Source of the DNA: Octopus vulgaris
Lineage: Eukaryota
Reading direction: 5' to 3'
DNA: 64,000 nucleotides
NCBI GenBank assembly: GCA_951406725.2
Contig: OX597814.1
Location: forward strand, 49,228,001-49,292,000
The notes under the pieces are model-generated. The model was not told where the DNA came from, did not search any database, and saw only the letters and a program-made list of their open reading frames with translations. Positions within the stretch are counted from its first letter, which is position 1. Each line of letters begins with the position of its first letter. Positions 23,903-38,900 of the stretch are shown piece by piece. A program made the position numbers and the translations under genes.

Positions 23903-26900
23903 GTAAGTTGTTCCAATTTATTAACTTGCTATGTTTAAAAGGAAATGACATCACTGATCTGCTAGATATGTAACACAAGATGGAGAGAGTTTTGTAGAAT
24001 TAACAGGTCAATTAGGATTTCAAAAAATATTGTGTGTCCTGTAAATACACATCATTTGTACAAGAAGTGAATATTTTAAATCTTATTTAAGGTGAAATAA
24101 TTTAGATATATGATATTTTGTGAGTTGCTCTTAAAGTGTTGAAAAGTTACATTTTTACACCATATATCTTTCCATCAAGGTTGTTAATTTACTTTCTTAA
24201 TAGCTATTCCAGTTAGTCATAGGTTAATTATACTGAATGGGTCAAACAGCTTTAGTTAATTACCAAGTTTTGCATCAACCTTCTGACTCCTCTTCCTTGT
24301 AATATAGCAGTGAGATTAGAGTGAGCCAAGGTTCAAAATACCAACCAGTGAACCAGATATGTGATATCTATGTATAAAACTTAGGATGTATTACATTTGT
24401 AATCTATTTGAGAAGAGCCAAGAGAGATGTTGTGTGGAGTTATGTAAGCACTAATGTAAATAATTTAAATCTCTAAGCTGTACCATATATACCTTTTATT
24501 ATATTTATTTTTTACCTCAGTTTATATTATTTAAAAAAAAAGGTCAGCTATTTGCACTTACTATAGGGGAAATAGTTCAAAAGGGATGAAGGTAATTGGA
24601 CTAAATTTATGATTTTACTTTGAGTACGAGATGTCAATTAACCCTTGCCATATGTTTTTGACAGTTTAGTAGTATTTCCTAATTAGAACATTATTTATTT
24701 TAAATCCAGTTTCTGATTTTATAACTGGCAGTAAGGAATCAAATATTTATATTACTGCTATGGTAAATCTTTTCAACAAAATGACACCTCTATTCAGTTT
24801 TGTATTTGTTCTTCTGCCTTAGGAACATAAATATTCATAATATTTTTACAATGTTAGCAATACTAACACATATTTCAAAGGTTTTGGAATATACTTTCTA
24901 GATATTTTAAGAATTCATTGAAAATGCTTTTTCACCAAGATCATTGGTAAAAGTGAGAATAGAATGTTCAAGAGTGAAGAATACAATCTTATGTTTTACT
25001 TGAATTTCATAACAAACAGGGTTAACATATTATTATTATAATAAGCCCGTGGTGGGTGCTGAGTCACTAACTCAGCATAATGTTTTGTTTTGTTTATAGC
25101 ATTTCCAAGTCCAACAGATTAACAGACAATGAGAAAAATGAAGTCATAGCAGGAAAGAGGGATTAAACTAGCTTCCACTTTCTTACTGTCCTACATTTCA
25201 CCAGTGTTACTGATACATAATGAAAATGAATGGAAGCTAGGAACGTTGATTTTTTTCTTTTGAAGAACTGAAGAACTAATCCTGTAATAAAAGAAGTTTA
25301 ATATCTCATAACAGGAAGATGCTTTTTTTCTAAAAATTTATAGTAAAGTTTGTAGCAGAATCACCTCTGTAAGGAATATTTTTCTAAGGATAATATCATC
25401 TGAAAGAATATTTTCATGAATAATATCACATATATTTGTGATATCCTTTTCCAAATGATTTTTTATTGCTTATCCATTTTCATATTAGAATTAATTATAC
25501 TTAACAGTTGAAGAACAACTACATCAACCATGCTCATTAACATTGATTCATTCAAATACACATAGTAAGTGATTATATATGTAAATTATATTAATGAAAA
25601 GTAAATTCTGTTGTGGTACCTACTCTAAACTACTTAAAGAAAATAGTATAAAAAGGGTTTTTATTGTCTTTATGTAATACATCTAGAGTAAGCAATCTTA
25701 ATAAAATCTTTATGTAATACATCTAGAGTAAGCAATCTTAATAAAATCTCTTTCCTAGTTAACCAACACTAAATTCAGTACTAGAGACTAATGAAAAATT
25801 TAACAATTGTGCAGGGTCCTAGCTAGTCCTGTACCTATTTTCAATAATAGGTATGAATATAGTGCAATTCTGATAATAAAATACAAACTCTCAATTCATC
25901 AGCTTGTAGCCCCGCAAACTATCAACTTAGCCACCTGCACTTTTCTCAAAACGGTTAGCAGTAAAAATAATGAGCAAAACCCTTGACCTTACAAATTACT
26001 GTCTTCTATATGAATTTTTCATTATCTGAAGAGTTTATTCATTATAACAGCATGACGTAGCATACTTCCTGTGACGTTCAAATGACCTGGTTTTATTTAA
26101 TTAAACTAAGGCAGGTTTCTTACTGTTCAACAGAAACTATGTTTCTAATAGCTCAACCATCTTTCTTCTATAAGAGAAAAAAAATCATAATCTCTTTAAA
26201 ATTTCATTGAAGTAGATGAATTGTTGAAAGATATTTCTGCAGCTTTATGCTCTTCCTTATATAAACTCCTGTTTTCTGTTAGCTTACTTGCTACATGATG
26301 CCAAAACAAGAATTTGAAAATATGACTTTTCAATAAAAAGATATCTAACGTCTTATCCAGGCTATGTATCTTGTAGTGATGTATGTGTGTGTGCGTGTGC
26401 ATGCATGTGTGTGTGTGTGTGTGTGTGCATAGGTGCAGATGTAGCTGTATGGTTGAGAAGCTTGCTTCCCAATCATGTAGTCTTGGGTTCAGTCCCACTA
26501 TGCAGCACTGTGAGCCAGCCCTAGGCTGACCAAAGTCTTGTGAGTGGATTCTGTAGACATAACCTATTTCTTTATTACCCACAAGGGGCTAAACACAGAG
26601 GGGACAAACAAGGACAGACATAGGTATTAAGTCGATTACATCGACCCCAGTGCATAACTGGTACTTAATTTATCGACCCCGAAAGGATGAAAGGCAAAGT
26701 CGACCTCAGCGGAATTTGAACTCACAACGTTGCGCCAGACGAAATACCGCTAAGCATTTCGCCTGGCATGCTAACATTTCTGCCAGCTCACCGCCTTCTG
26801 TAGACATAACCGACGTCACATGATGGTTGTAAACAAATGTCGCTGTCATATAAGTGATGTCATTCATTTCAAATCTTCCATGAAAAATATGTCTGACCTT

Positions 26901-29900
26901 GAAGAAATATGTTATTTGGAAACAGGTGAGGATTTCTTACAGGAAGAGTGTCAAGCCATAAAAAATTTGCTCCAGTGAATTCCATCTGACCTATCTAAAC
27001 ATGGTAAAATTAACATTAAAACAATGATAATCTGACACAGTAGGGTCAAGACAATAGAGTGTTTTGCTAATACAAAAAAAAAAGAGAGAGAGAAAAAGAA
27101 AACGATCTCATTCTCAAGTGGCATTTAGTAAGTGGTATGAAAGTCAGAACCACAAAGTGTGGGTGGCAGTAAGTCAAGAAATAGCTGCAGTGTGTTAAAT
27201 TTCAGTCATAGTTTAGCGCAGCTCTTTTACTCTTTACTCTTTTACTCTTTTACTTGTTTCAGTCATTTGACTGTGGCCATGCTGGAGCACCGCCTTTTGT
27301 CGAGCAAATTGACCCCAGGACTTATTCTTTGTAAGCCTAGTACTTATTCTATTGGTCTCTATTGCCAAACTGCTAAGTTATGGGGACGTAAACACACCAC
27401 CATCGGTTGTCAAGCGATGTTGGGGGGGACAAACACAAACACATAAACACACACACATACATATATACATATATATGACGGGCTTCTTTCAGTTTCCATC
27501 TACCAAATCCACTCACAAGGCTTTGGTCCACCTGAGGCTATAGTAGAAGACACTTACTCAAGGTGCCACGCAGTGGGAATGAACCTGGAACCATGTGGTT
27601 GGTAAGCAAGCTACTTACCACACAGCTGAAAAACAGATATCATTATGATAGCCGTGAAAATGACCAAGGTGCTATAACATAACACTAGTAGTAAATTCGG
27701 TAGACGGAAACTGTATGGAATCTTGTAATGTGTGTGTGTGTGTGTGTGTTAAGGTTTGTGTTTGTGCCCCCACACCAAACACTGCTTGACAACTGGTGTT
27801 GGTTTGTTTATGTCCCTTTAACTTAGCAGTTCTACAAAAATGACCAACAAAATAAGCACCAGGCTTTAAAAAAATAAGTACAGAGCTCGATTTGTTTGAC
27901 TAAACCCTTCAAAGCAGTGCCCCACCATGCCCACAGTACTATAACTGAAACAAGTTAAAGAAAAAAGTTTAGTACCTATTTTATCAATATCTGCTGAGTG
28001 AACCAGTTAGTAATTAGTCATAAAACAAAGGACACCAGTTGTTAAGTGGTGTAAATGTAAACACACACCTACACGCACACAAACAAATATGGTGTTGATG
28101 ATGACATGGACAAACAATAAAGCACTCAGTATTACTTATAGTACATAACATATTGGAAAATATTTATACAATTTCAATATTCATGGTGTACTGCCAGTTT
28201 CACAGCTTTATATAATAGCTTTTCTTTAGCATTTCATCTTTTATTTACAACCAAAAGCAAGGTTGATACTGTTCAGAGGACATAATTTTAATTTGAGTTG
28301 AATGGTTTAAAGCAATCTACTATATATACTTTTATGTCAAAGTAAGCAGAATGCCTTGTAAAGTGAATAAATGTTCACTCATTTGATCATTTGAATACAA
28401 TGAGCATGTTCAGCTACAGCTCTACATATATAGGACTAAATAGTGGGTTCAAACATTTGTATAACTAGCATATGTTTTACAGGCAGCAATTATACTCACA
28501 TTCATGCAGAGTGCTTACATACCTATATTTGCACATATGTCCAGTTTCTGTCAACATCTACATATACTCACACACATTTACACATATACATGCTCACATG
28601 CATAGCTGAATGGAAGTAAACAATGTGATATCAGCATAGCTGAAAAGGGCCTTATGTCCTGAAATACAAGAATACCAGATCTGAAATCTTTACAAAATGT
28701 AAACACTTCAATAAACATTTATTTTTATACTGGGATCTTCCAACACCACCATAATCATCAGTAGACCAGAGGCAGCATTACATTACATAAACCACTTCAG
28801 TTAGTGTGTATGTCAAGAGGGTTAATAATTCATCCACAAGGTCACAGCTTTTCTCCAAGAAAGAAGAGTTATTGCAATGCGATATTTTGTATAAAATTGA
28901 GTCAACTCTGTTATGAAAGCAAACTTATAAACCAGCCAAGAAGCTTTATTAGTTAACTGCATTTAAATTAATCACACCATTTTAATGCAATAAATTCTTA
29001 ATACAGGAAAAAGCCTTTATAGACATCCTGTATAGACAAATTAGTGAAATAAAAGTTTCTTTTGATTTGATAAGCATGGTTTTGTATGAAAAGTAGATAT
29101 CACACCAAAGTGTTTCATTCTTTTTTTTTTTTAACCATTTTTATACCAACTTGCTTAAGACCATCCCAGATTTTGTGATACAAAACTGACCATTTTGAAG
29201 TGTTTATTTTTAAGTTTAACCTTTCTGTCATGATTTTATAAGTTTCTTAATTTATATTCCTAACACCAGATTGGTGAAGAAATAGGTTTTGCTAAATCTG
29301 TTATGGGTAGAGAACTTCACTATATGATTGCAAAAAGGTGAAATTGGAAATTCTGTATTGATTTGAATTAGTTCATTGTATATTACTTTTAATTATAAAA
29401 CACACAGTTAAGAATTTTTGTGTTTGTTTGTTTCATACTATTTGTTTTAATTATGTTATTTATTTTTATTCTACCCTTTATCAAATCCTATGATACTTTT
29501 TATATCATGCACTAGTGTCTACTTTGGCATGGTTTATGTAGCTGGTTACCCTTCCTAGTGCCCTTGGTGTCTTGATGTTTTTCATGGCATCAGTACTATT
29601 GATAATTACTTTGTAATTTGCAAGGTCTAAATTGGTCCCTATGACCATGGGAGAACAAAACTGTTGTACTTGCTTCAATTGTTAAAGCTTCAAAAATGAT
29701 TTAATGTTCTCCAGGATGGCAAAAATGAAAATCAAAAATAATAACCATAAATACGTTGAACTAATGAGAAAGCTTCTATGTGGTCATTCAACTTGCTAGA
29801 AGTAGAAGTTAAATTTCCCTCAGATTTCCACTCTACTGTTTTAAAAACAAAGTAAGTATTGAATAATGTTATATCAGATATGCTGTACTGAAAAGACAGA

Positions 29901-32900
29901 ATATTATAGGTCTAATGCTTTTGATCTTAAGTCTACTCAATGAGAGCTGACTTGGAGCTGAACAACACCAATCATTTGCCTACTACATCGTGTCAGGTTC
30001 ACTCCCACTGTATGGTACCTTGGGCAAGTATCCGCTACTACAGCCCCAGGCTGTAGTAAAGAGCCAACAAGGTTCCCTTATATATATAAAAAAGAAATTT
30101 ATTTAAATAAAATAAATTCACTGGCATCCTTGAATTTGCAAGGAGCCCTCTTCCAAGGTAGCAAAATAATCTGGTTCTGCCTTACTAAATTTCTCTCAAT
30201 GGCCCAAAATATAGCTGGAATGAAAATAGTTTGCAAAGAATATTTACAGCTTTTATTAACAAGGCAAAATAAAGTGTTTAATTGTGTCAAATAATGACTA
30301 CCTATCATCTGCAAATCATGTGCTAACCTTACAGCTAAAATGCTATGAAAATCTATTGTTTTCTAAATGAAATTCCACACAACACTACCCTATCATCTAT
30401 TGTTTTTGACTTAGCAATGTTCTCACATAATCTACACATAATGTCATTTCCCTTACAATCATATCATTCTACATATCCCTGACTATGACCATACTATAAT
30501 TATTTGAATTAAAGTCAGGTCTTCCCCTAAACTAGGCAATAAATGAAAGCATTCAGTTCAGTGGCAGCTCGTAGATAAAATTATTTGGGGTGCTGCTTCA
30601 GAAAATTTTTAGCTGTCTTTAGCTGGGTTTTTTTTGCGTAAAATGAAACAAACATATAAAAAGAAAATTTATACATAAATTTTACCACCATGAAATCCCC
30701 CTTGTTTTTCAAAAATCTCCCCTAAATCATAAAATAAGGGTGGGGAGAAATGTGCCCTATTTTTCAAATCCTGGCAGTAACACTGAACCTGGAAGCAGGA
30801 TAATAATCTAATTCTACACTTTATCCCATTCAAGAATATAAACATGTTTTTAAGCACAACACACGCGGAGTCAAAAAAGAAACACTACCTTTCACTGGAA
30901 CACCGAGATCAGCACTGTCGTTCAAGCAGTGCTCTCTCTCCCTAGCATGAAGCTTCCTATCTCAGATACATGAGCATGCACACAACAGCCAAACACCACG
31001 TCACTGGAACTGTGAAGCACACAGTTCTATACAAGGATTTTTGTATTTTTATAAATTAGGGGATGGCTACTGACATTAAGCTTAAGGATTATATATAAAG
31101 AAAGAATTAAAGAAGAAAGGACTCGTTATATTGAATGTCATCAATAATATTGAGTGGAAATAGCAAGTGCTGCAGTTCTGCAGTGCCTATACACGAGCCG
31201 CCACTGATTCTGTTGTATCCTTTACATTACAAATATCTAAACTCATTGGTATAGATTTTGGACAAAATAAGATTTTAAAACTGATAGCCTGCAAATAATA
31301 TTTTGGTTCTCTCTAAACCTGCAATTCTTCTACCACAAATAACAAATCTAAAACACTCCTATCTGTATCTCAGTCAGCTACATCTAACCACATCACATCT
31401 ATAGACCTTCTTCACAGTGAAACACACCAGTAATCAGTACTCCAGTTCACATCATCCTTGCAACTACACATCTAACAGACCATAAACATTTTAATGTATA
31501 TGTAACATTTCTGAATACTTTTCAAAACCAGCCTACAATTGCTCTCTTCCCTTTAAACCAAAAAATAAGTACTAATTCAAACCATGATGTAAAATACAAA
31601 TGCACTTTGTATTCTATCAACATTTTCCATAGTCAAGACACTTGACTGTCAATGTTCCAGAACATTTAATCATAAATTGGTAAGGTGGCTTAATCCAGCT
31701 GTGATTCTTTATATAATGTAGTCATAAAATTAGTCTAAAATTATCAGCAAAAGTATATCTCCACAAGTAACAAAACTCCTCGTTATTCACATCATCTCTG
31801 CTAAAGCTAACAACATTTATTTTCCATGCCACATTCAACACTGCATTTAAAAGAAGAGAAAAAGAAATGATATTCTTTCAAGGTTCAAGGTATTAGTTTG
31901 TAAATGTAACTCTACTGGTAACTCCATATTATTTCAAAAACATTGGATAAAGACTTTGTAAACTGTTATCTGTCTAATCCTAAAAACGTGTTTATATTCA
32001 TGCTGTTTTTCATTATGCTTTTTTTTTTATGTGATTCTCTTATCAGACTATTGGGATATTGGTTACACATTATAACTTGCTATCCCTTCCATAAACTATT
32101 CACACCTGTTAATTATGTCTTGAAAGTATTTTTTTCTTTACGAATTAGATAGGAATGTGACTATTCCATAAAAAAATGATACAATGAAAAATATTTAAAG
32201 ATAATTATGAGTCTATTTTGATACTTGTCTGTTTGTGTTCTTTGCTATAAAGGACTACATACCAAGCATTATAAAGTTTAAGATGAGCCAAATTCACAAT
32301 CTGGTTTTAATACTAGTGTTTAACAACTTTATTCCAATTACATCACTAAAACCCTTGGGAAAAGTCGGAGTATTGCTACTTACTCATTTCCCTTGCACTA
32401 ATAAACATCCATGCCAGAGTAAGAAACAAATAAAGCTATGTGTTAGAAGAAGGTATTTCCTATAATATTCAGATAGACACTAGAATAGCTCTACATTGGA
32501 ATGGTATTCTTGTAAACCATAAGTGAAAGTAGAGACTAATGTTTTAAGGTTGTGTTCTTTGTTGGACAAAGAAGAAAAGCAATTTAATTTTATTTCTCCA
32601 GTACAAGGCCTCAACTAGAAGGTTAATCTCTGCTTTAGCTCAGCACACACCAACTAACGTCTCTTCTATTTTTACATCCAATCATGGAATTGTCTCATGT
32701 ATGGTAATATTCTTTTCTACTCTAGGCACAAAGCCCGAAATTTTGGGGGAAGGGGCCAGTCGATTAGATCAACCTCAGTATGCAACTGGTACTTAATTTA
32801 TTGATCCCGAAAGGATGAAAGGCAAAGTCAACCTCGGTGGAATTTGAACTCAGAACATAAAGACAGATGAAATACTGCTAAGCATTTTGCCCAATGTGCT

Positions 32901-35900
32901 AACGTTTCTGTCAGCTCACTTCTTTATGTATGGTAATATTGTCTCATCTATAATGCCATTATGCTGCCTCATGTAATTATATTCATATTAAGTTTTTGCA
33001 TTAGGTTGTGGCAGTTGGTGCAAATGGTAACAAATTGGACAAGATATTTATGCTATCTAGTCTAGTCCTTCATAGGTACTTGTTCAAATTATGTTGAAAT
33101 TGACTTTACTTTTTGTATGTCAGTATTAATCATAAGTATTCAACTGATTCTTCATATGGAATTGTACCTACACCTGATTGTATTTATAGTTAGGTGGGAT
33201 AAGCATGAAGAGTTAAGTATTTTGATTAGGGCACAATGCAGCATGATGGCCAAATATGAACTGTTGGCCTTTTGAAGAGCCTACAGTTCTTCGTTTAATA
33301 CTCTTTACTCTTTCTCTTTACTCTTTTACTTGTTTCAGTCATTTGACTGTGGCCATGCTGAAGCACCACCTTTAGTCGAGCAAATCGACCCCGAGTCTTA
33401 TTCTTTGTAAGCCCAGTACTTATTCTATCGGTCTCTTTTGCCGAACCGCTAAGTGACGGGGACGTAAACACACCAGCATCGGTTGTCAAGCAATGCTAGG
33501 GGACAAACACAAATACACACACACACATATTTATATTTATATACATATATACGACAGGCTTCTTTCAGTTTCCGTCTACCAAATCCACTCACAAGGCATT
33601 GGTCGGCCCGGGGCTATAGTAGATACTTGCCCAAGATGCCACGCAGTGGGACTGAACCTGGAACCATGTGGTTGGTTAGCAAGCTACTTACCACACAGCC
33701 ACTCCTACGCCTATAATATATAAAAGGTAGAGAAACCAAATATAAATTTCATAATGTGAGAGTGAACCTGCTTTGTTAATAATTATTCCTAATTAGCTTT
33801 TTAATACTAACTACATTAGGTAGTATAGTCCTAGATACACTGTATATAAATAATGATGGGGATAGTCACAACTAGAATTCTTTTGGTCATAGTTGCTTGA
33901 TTACGGCTGAGCTGGAGCTAAACAACACAAAGTGTAAAATAGCCTAATCAAAACTAACCAGTGAAACAAATTGAATTTGGACTTAACTTTAGACATAGAT
34001 AAATGAAAAATTTAACATTTTTTCATGGAGTTCATACATTCTAGTTTGGTGTAACTAATTTGTCGTACTAGCATGAAGGAATTGATTTATTCAGTAGAGT
34101 ACTTGTCTTTAAAACTAAATAACATTCTTAACTCTAACAACTAATCTTAATACTTGTAGTGGAACCTATCTATATCAGTCAGGACAATTAGAACCTGGAG
34201 AGTTGTGGCTCCAATAGTATGGTTAGAATCATTACTGTTTGGTCAGTACCCCAGCCCATTAAGTAAATCAAGCATTCATTGTACTTTTATATTAACCCTG
34301 ATATCATTATTTTAACATCTGGTAAAATACACTACCTTTTTCCTTTTTTGGTTAAATTTGAAAGTAATGAAGAATTTAGCTGAATAACATAGTCATTGTT
34401 AAGCTGGTGTTTAGGACATATTTTAACATGAAATTTCTGATATATTTCAATTTGAAAAGCAAAGTAAAATTTGGCAGGAGAGAACTTAGAACCAAAAATA
34501 ATAAAACTTAATTACTCTATTATTTAAACCAATTATTCTTTCTACAACTTTATGCTTTATTTTCACATCCACTACTGCTGTAATTTATAAAATGATAGCT
34601 GGCTAAATCAACAGGATGTTGACATACAGGCCAAAAGTCTAGAGTTTGTATCCCATCATCAGCACTGTGGTGTGTTCATAATGAAGACACTTAATTGTCA
34701 TTGATCTAGTTATTTATTTGTTGCTACAAACTGAATAGCATTAAACAGGTATACATGGATACACAACCTGGTCCTTAAGGTTATCTTCAATGCTATAAAG
34801 AACCAAATTGATCTCAACTACAGTGAAAAAACACCACTGAAAGTACCAACTAAAGATTTCATTACCTTTGTCACGCTCAGGTCAGTGGATCCATTTCAAG
34901 AAGAAGAAGAACAACAAACTTTTTGTGAGTGATGAAAAGTGGAATGGCTATTGGGAGGTGACTACAGATTTACCAGGGTGCCAGGGACTCTTTCCCATCC
35001 CAGTCACAAAAAAAAAATGGACATTTTAATGTGATGTGAAGGAAAGAAAGTTGTGAATCTAGTCAAGTTAACGGTTCCTCATTAAGATAAAACATGGACA
35101 CCACTCAGGCTCAAAAGATTGACTGTTATGTAAACCTCCTCAAGGAATGTGAAGACGCAGGCTGGAAAGCGGAGCATTTTCCAATCGAAGTTGGATGTAG
35201 AGGGTTTGTTTGACACAGTGTGAGACGACTTTTGTTATCGTTAGGCCTAACTCATCGTAAACATCACCATGACCAAACTACAGTGGAGAAGGCTAGCCAC
35301 TGGATTTGGTTAAAAGGAGACAATAAGCAATGGCTAGAAGAATATTGAGCTTTATTCAATAACCAGTTGATCTAGCAAGCAGGGCCTCATATCAGTGAGG
35401 GGGTGGCACATTGATGCTCTTGAGAGGTAGGCCCTGAAATGGTGCGCATTCTCTCCTGATGACCCCATACACTTGCTGGCTTCCGGTATGCAGAGTTCTT
35501 GACTGGTACCACTTACATGTGCAAGTTGTTTGTAAAACATCTTGTTGCTACAAATTGCTGTATGTTAATTCAATGTCAGCTGTCATTGAGCAGATCCATA
35601 ATCATAGGCTTCCCTGGCATGAACATTTCATAGTTTTTCAGACAGAATATATATCCAGGAATTCATTATGCACTATGCTCTGTCCCTCTTTTTTTTCTTT
35701 TTTTTTTTGTGATGGTTGTTGAGGAAGACAAATTTCCTGCAAAATTAGCAATCTCATACATACCTTCAATTGACTTGTTTATTTATAGATAGGGACCATA
35801 GGTAAATAGTTACAGCTCTCTGTAGTAAGTAGTGGCAGCAATTTATAGTTAATCAGTGTTTCATTCACTTACAATAATGATTGTACTCTGTGCTATAAGC

Positions 35901-38900
35901 CCTTGAAGAGGCATTAGAAGACTTTTTCACTTGAAAACCTTGTAGTTCCTCTTGACTCCATTAATTAAGTCTATTTAAATTTTTTTTTAAACAAATTTTT
36001 GAATACATCAATTCTGTTTATGTTTATTTTTCACTTAACAACTAAAACTAAAGTTGACCTAAAATTTATTAATTGCGTCTTTTGTTTTTACTAAATTACA
36101 GTTTTAATTTCAATTTTGTAATAATAATAATAAAGTTGGAGGAGGATTAACACAAAGTGAGGCATTTTCTTAACGATTTAGTGTTTTGCATTAAACAGAA
36201 AAATCATATTCATGATGTTAATAAAAATAATTATTACAGCATTAAGTGATTTATCACATGTTGATATCTTTTTTGTTTGTATCTTGGGGGTGGAGACTTG
36301 TTTGTTGGTTTAACTTACTAAATTTCGCAGTTTTAATTTTTGCCAAGTTAACAAGATTAATTGCAGTAGGGAATGGTTGATTGTGTGTGTATGTGTGTGT
36401 GTGCAAGCGTGTACATGTACATGTGTGTATGCATGCGTGCATGTGTGAAATATTCATAAATGCTTCCTAAATTCTAAGGGGCCTTTTATGTGCCAGTGCT
36501 TGAGATAAACTGACCTGGATGAAACTCCAGGCTATCAGTGATGTTCCATTTCCTGCAGCAAAATGAACTGAGATATAATATAGAATAAAGTGACTTTCTT
36601 TATCTCTCTCAAAAACACAAGATGTATGTCTATAGCAGATTTGAACTCACAAGCAGTGATGTGTATTCTTTTCAGTTCCAGGGGCTTAAAGGACAAAGTT
36701 GACTTTTAGAATGTAAATGGACATAAATGAATACAATAAGAGATTTCATTTGACATTCCACTCTTATGATACCAACATAATCCTGAGAGTTACAATATTG
36801 AAGGACATTACAATACATATTGACAGGAATATCTTGCTCATTTGATCAGATATTGTCATTAAGATCTAAAAATTTATAACTATTTCTTATCCTGTGAATA
36901 GGAACATACTGTATTTTCCAGCATGCAAGTCTATAGTATATAGTGTAAACATATACCATATGTATATAGTGTAAACATGTAGTGTAAGCATTCGAGAATC
37001 ATCCCTCTCTTTTCAAATCCTGCTGCATTTCACATGGAATTTTTGATCATCCAGTGTTGGAATTCTGCTTTATGCACGGCATATAACCCCTTGCAACTTT
37101 TTTATTTCGAGGAATTTTCAGAAAGCTTTTGGGAATTTGTGTTCTACACACAGGGATTCATACAGCTATGCAAAAACCAAAAGAAACATTTTTTGTGTAA
37201 TTTAAGGGGCATTTAGTTATTATTTTTAGCACCACTTCATACTATCCTTGTTTGTTTGTCACTTTAATGATTTGATGTTTTTCAATATCTTTCTCCCCTT
37301 AAACATATTTAATAGTCTGTTGTTGAGATTTAAGCCAAAATTTTGGCTGTCCATATTTTAAACTGATTTAAAAGAAAAGAAATTTGAAAAATTCTAAAAA
37401 AAGTTTTTTTGTATAGTCATATGAATTCCCTTGTGCAGAACACAAATTCACAAAATTTTTCTGAAAATTCCAAATGATAAAAAAGTTATGAGAGGTTATA
37501 TGCTGTGTGTAAAGCAGAATTCTGCTCCTTCTGTAATCTGATTTGGTTGTAAATTTTGGTTTCAAAAATTCAACTTGTTTGCTAGAAAAATATGGTGTTG
37601 ATGAAAGAAACAGACATGAAATGATAAACATTCAGACTACAGTGATTTACTGATAGAATTAATTGGTCAGAATGTATGGCACTGATACCACTGTGGTATC
37701 CATTGTGGTAGGGACTCTAGGAATAGAAATAAGCAGCTTATCTGGCTATTATTCAACCCAAGAATAGCAGAAAACAGTTTTCCATGAAGGGAATCCATAT
37801 TTTTATGAAAATTCTTTACGTAATAGTTCTTTAACAAATAAATCCATAATTTCCACATTTGAATTTGTATCTTTCCTTCACTGATTTAGGCTTTGATTCT
37901 TCAGATGGTATTGGTGTTAAGTATGTAGCATTCCAAGACAAATGTCAAAACAATTAACCATGTCTTGTGTATTACTTTATTTCAACAGGGCAGATTATGG
38001 CATATGTCTGTGGATAGTAATTTACATGTTTTATGTTGTTAGTTTTCCTTGTCAAAAAAGGTAGGCTCCTAGGGAGACAAGCTGCTTCCTCCTTTCCAGT
38101 TCTCAAATATATGTTTCATTTCAATTATGTTGCTTAACGACCTTAAAAAGACCTGAACCTTTGAACCTTGCATAATCTTATTTCTCTTTGTCTATAAATG
38201 TGTGGACCTAAAGCCTATAGTTAAAAAAATTAATTTTGTGTTCGATAAAATAAAAGTTTGTAATTATTGTAACATTTATCAGAATGTAGTGTCCAAATTT
38301 GTAAACCTGATTAAGAAGTGTGTGTGGAACTTTAGATGATTATCATACAAACTGGTTTCATCTGTCTTGAAAGTTTATGTAACCTTTATTGTAACTCCAA
38401 CTCACAAAAGAAAAGAGAGAAAAAACATTGTGTGCCTGTGGGATATTGATTTCATTTGTATAACAAAATATATATGATTACTAGATTAATCACCTCGGAG
38501 GAATATTTTTTAAAAAGGGCTGTTTAACAATAAGAAGAACGGGATGAATGGAAAGTTAGAAGAATTAGAAGAGCAGTTGTTCATTTTTGATTCAGCTTGT
38601 GCTGAACATGACTGTCCAAAGAAAAATAACACAGTAATGTTGGAAAGTTCTGTTCATAGTAGTAGTATATATATTAAGAGAGAAGTCAGAATATTCTTGT
38701 GAAAGTGATTACCGTATTTGACGGCATATTAGACGCACTGGCATATTAGACGCACCCTCATTTCAGCAGGTCAAATTCAGGAAAAAAAGTTTTAAGTGTA
38801 TTTAAGCATATATTGTTGAAAGCAGTCTAGCAGCACATTACCAAGATATCCAACCTACCTCCGTATATACACGAACTCGCAACGATCATGTGCATTTCGT

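Noticed and set aside
28630-28680. CTGAAAA-GGGC-cttat-GTCC-TGAAA, hammerhead-like
   Set aside because: Position 8 does not pair with C3, and there is no convincing stem III or stem I
35428-35466. GAAA...CTGATGA in the HERO-like 3' UTR as a permuted hammerhead or SECIS
   Set aside because: Stems I and II cannot form, GAAA is absent in the second copy, and CTGAT is already used in the UTR stem
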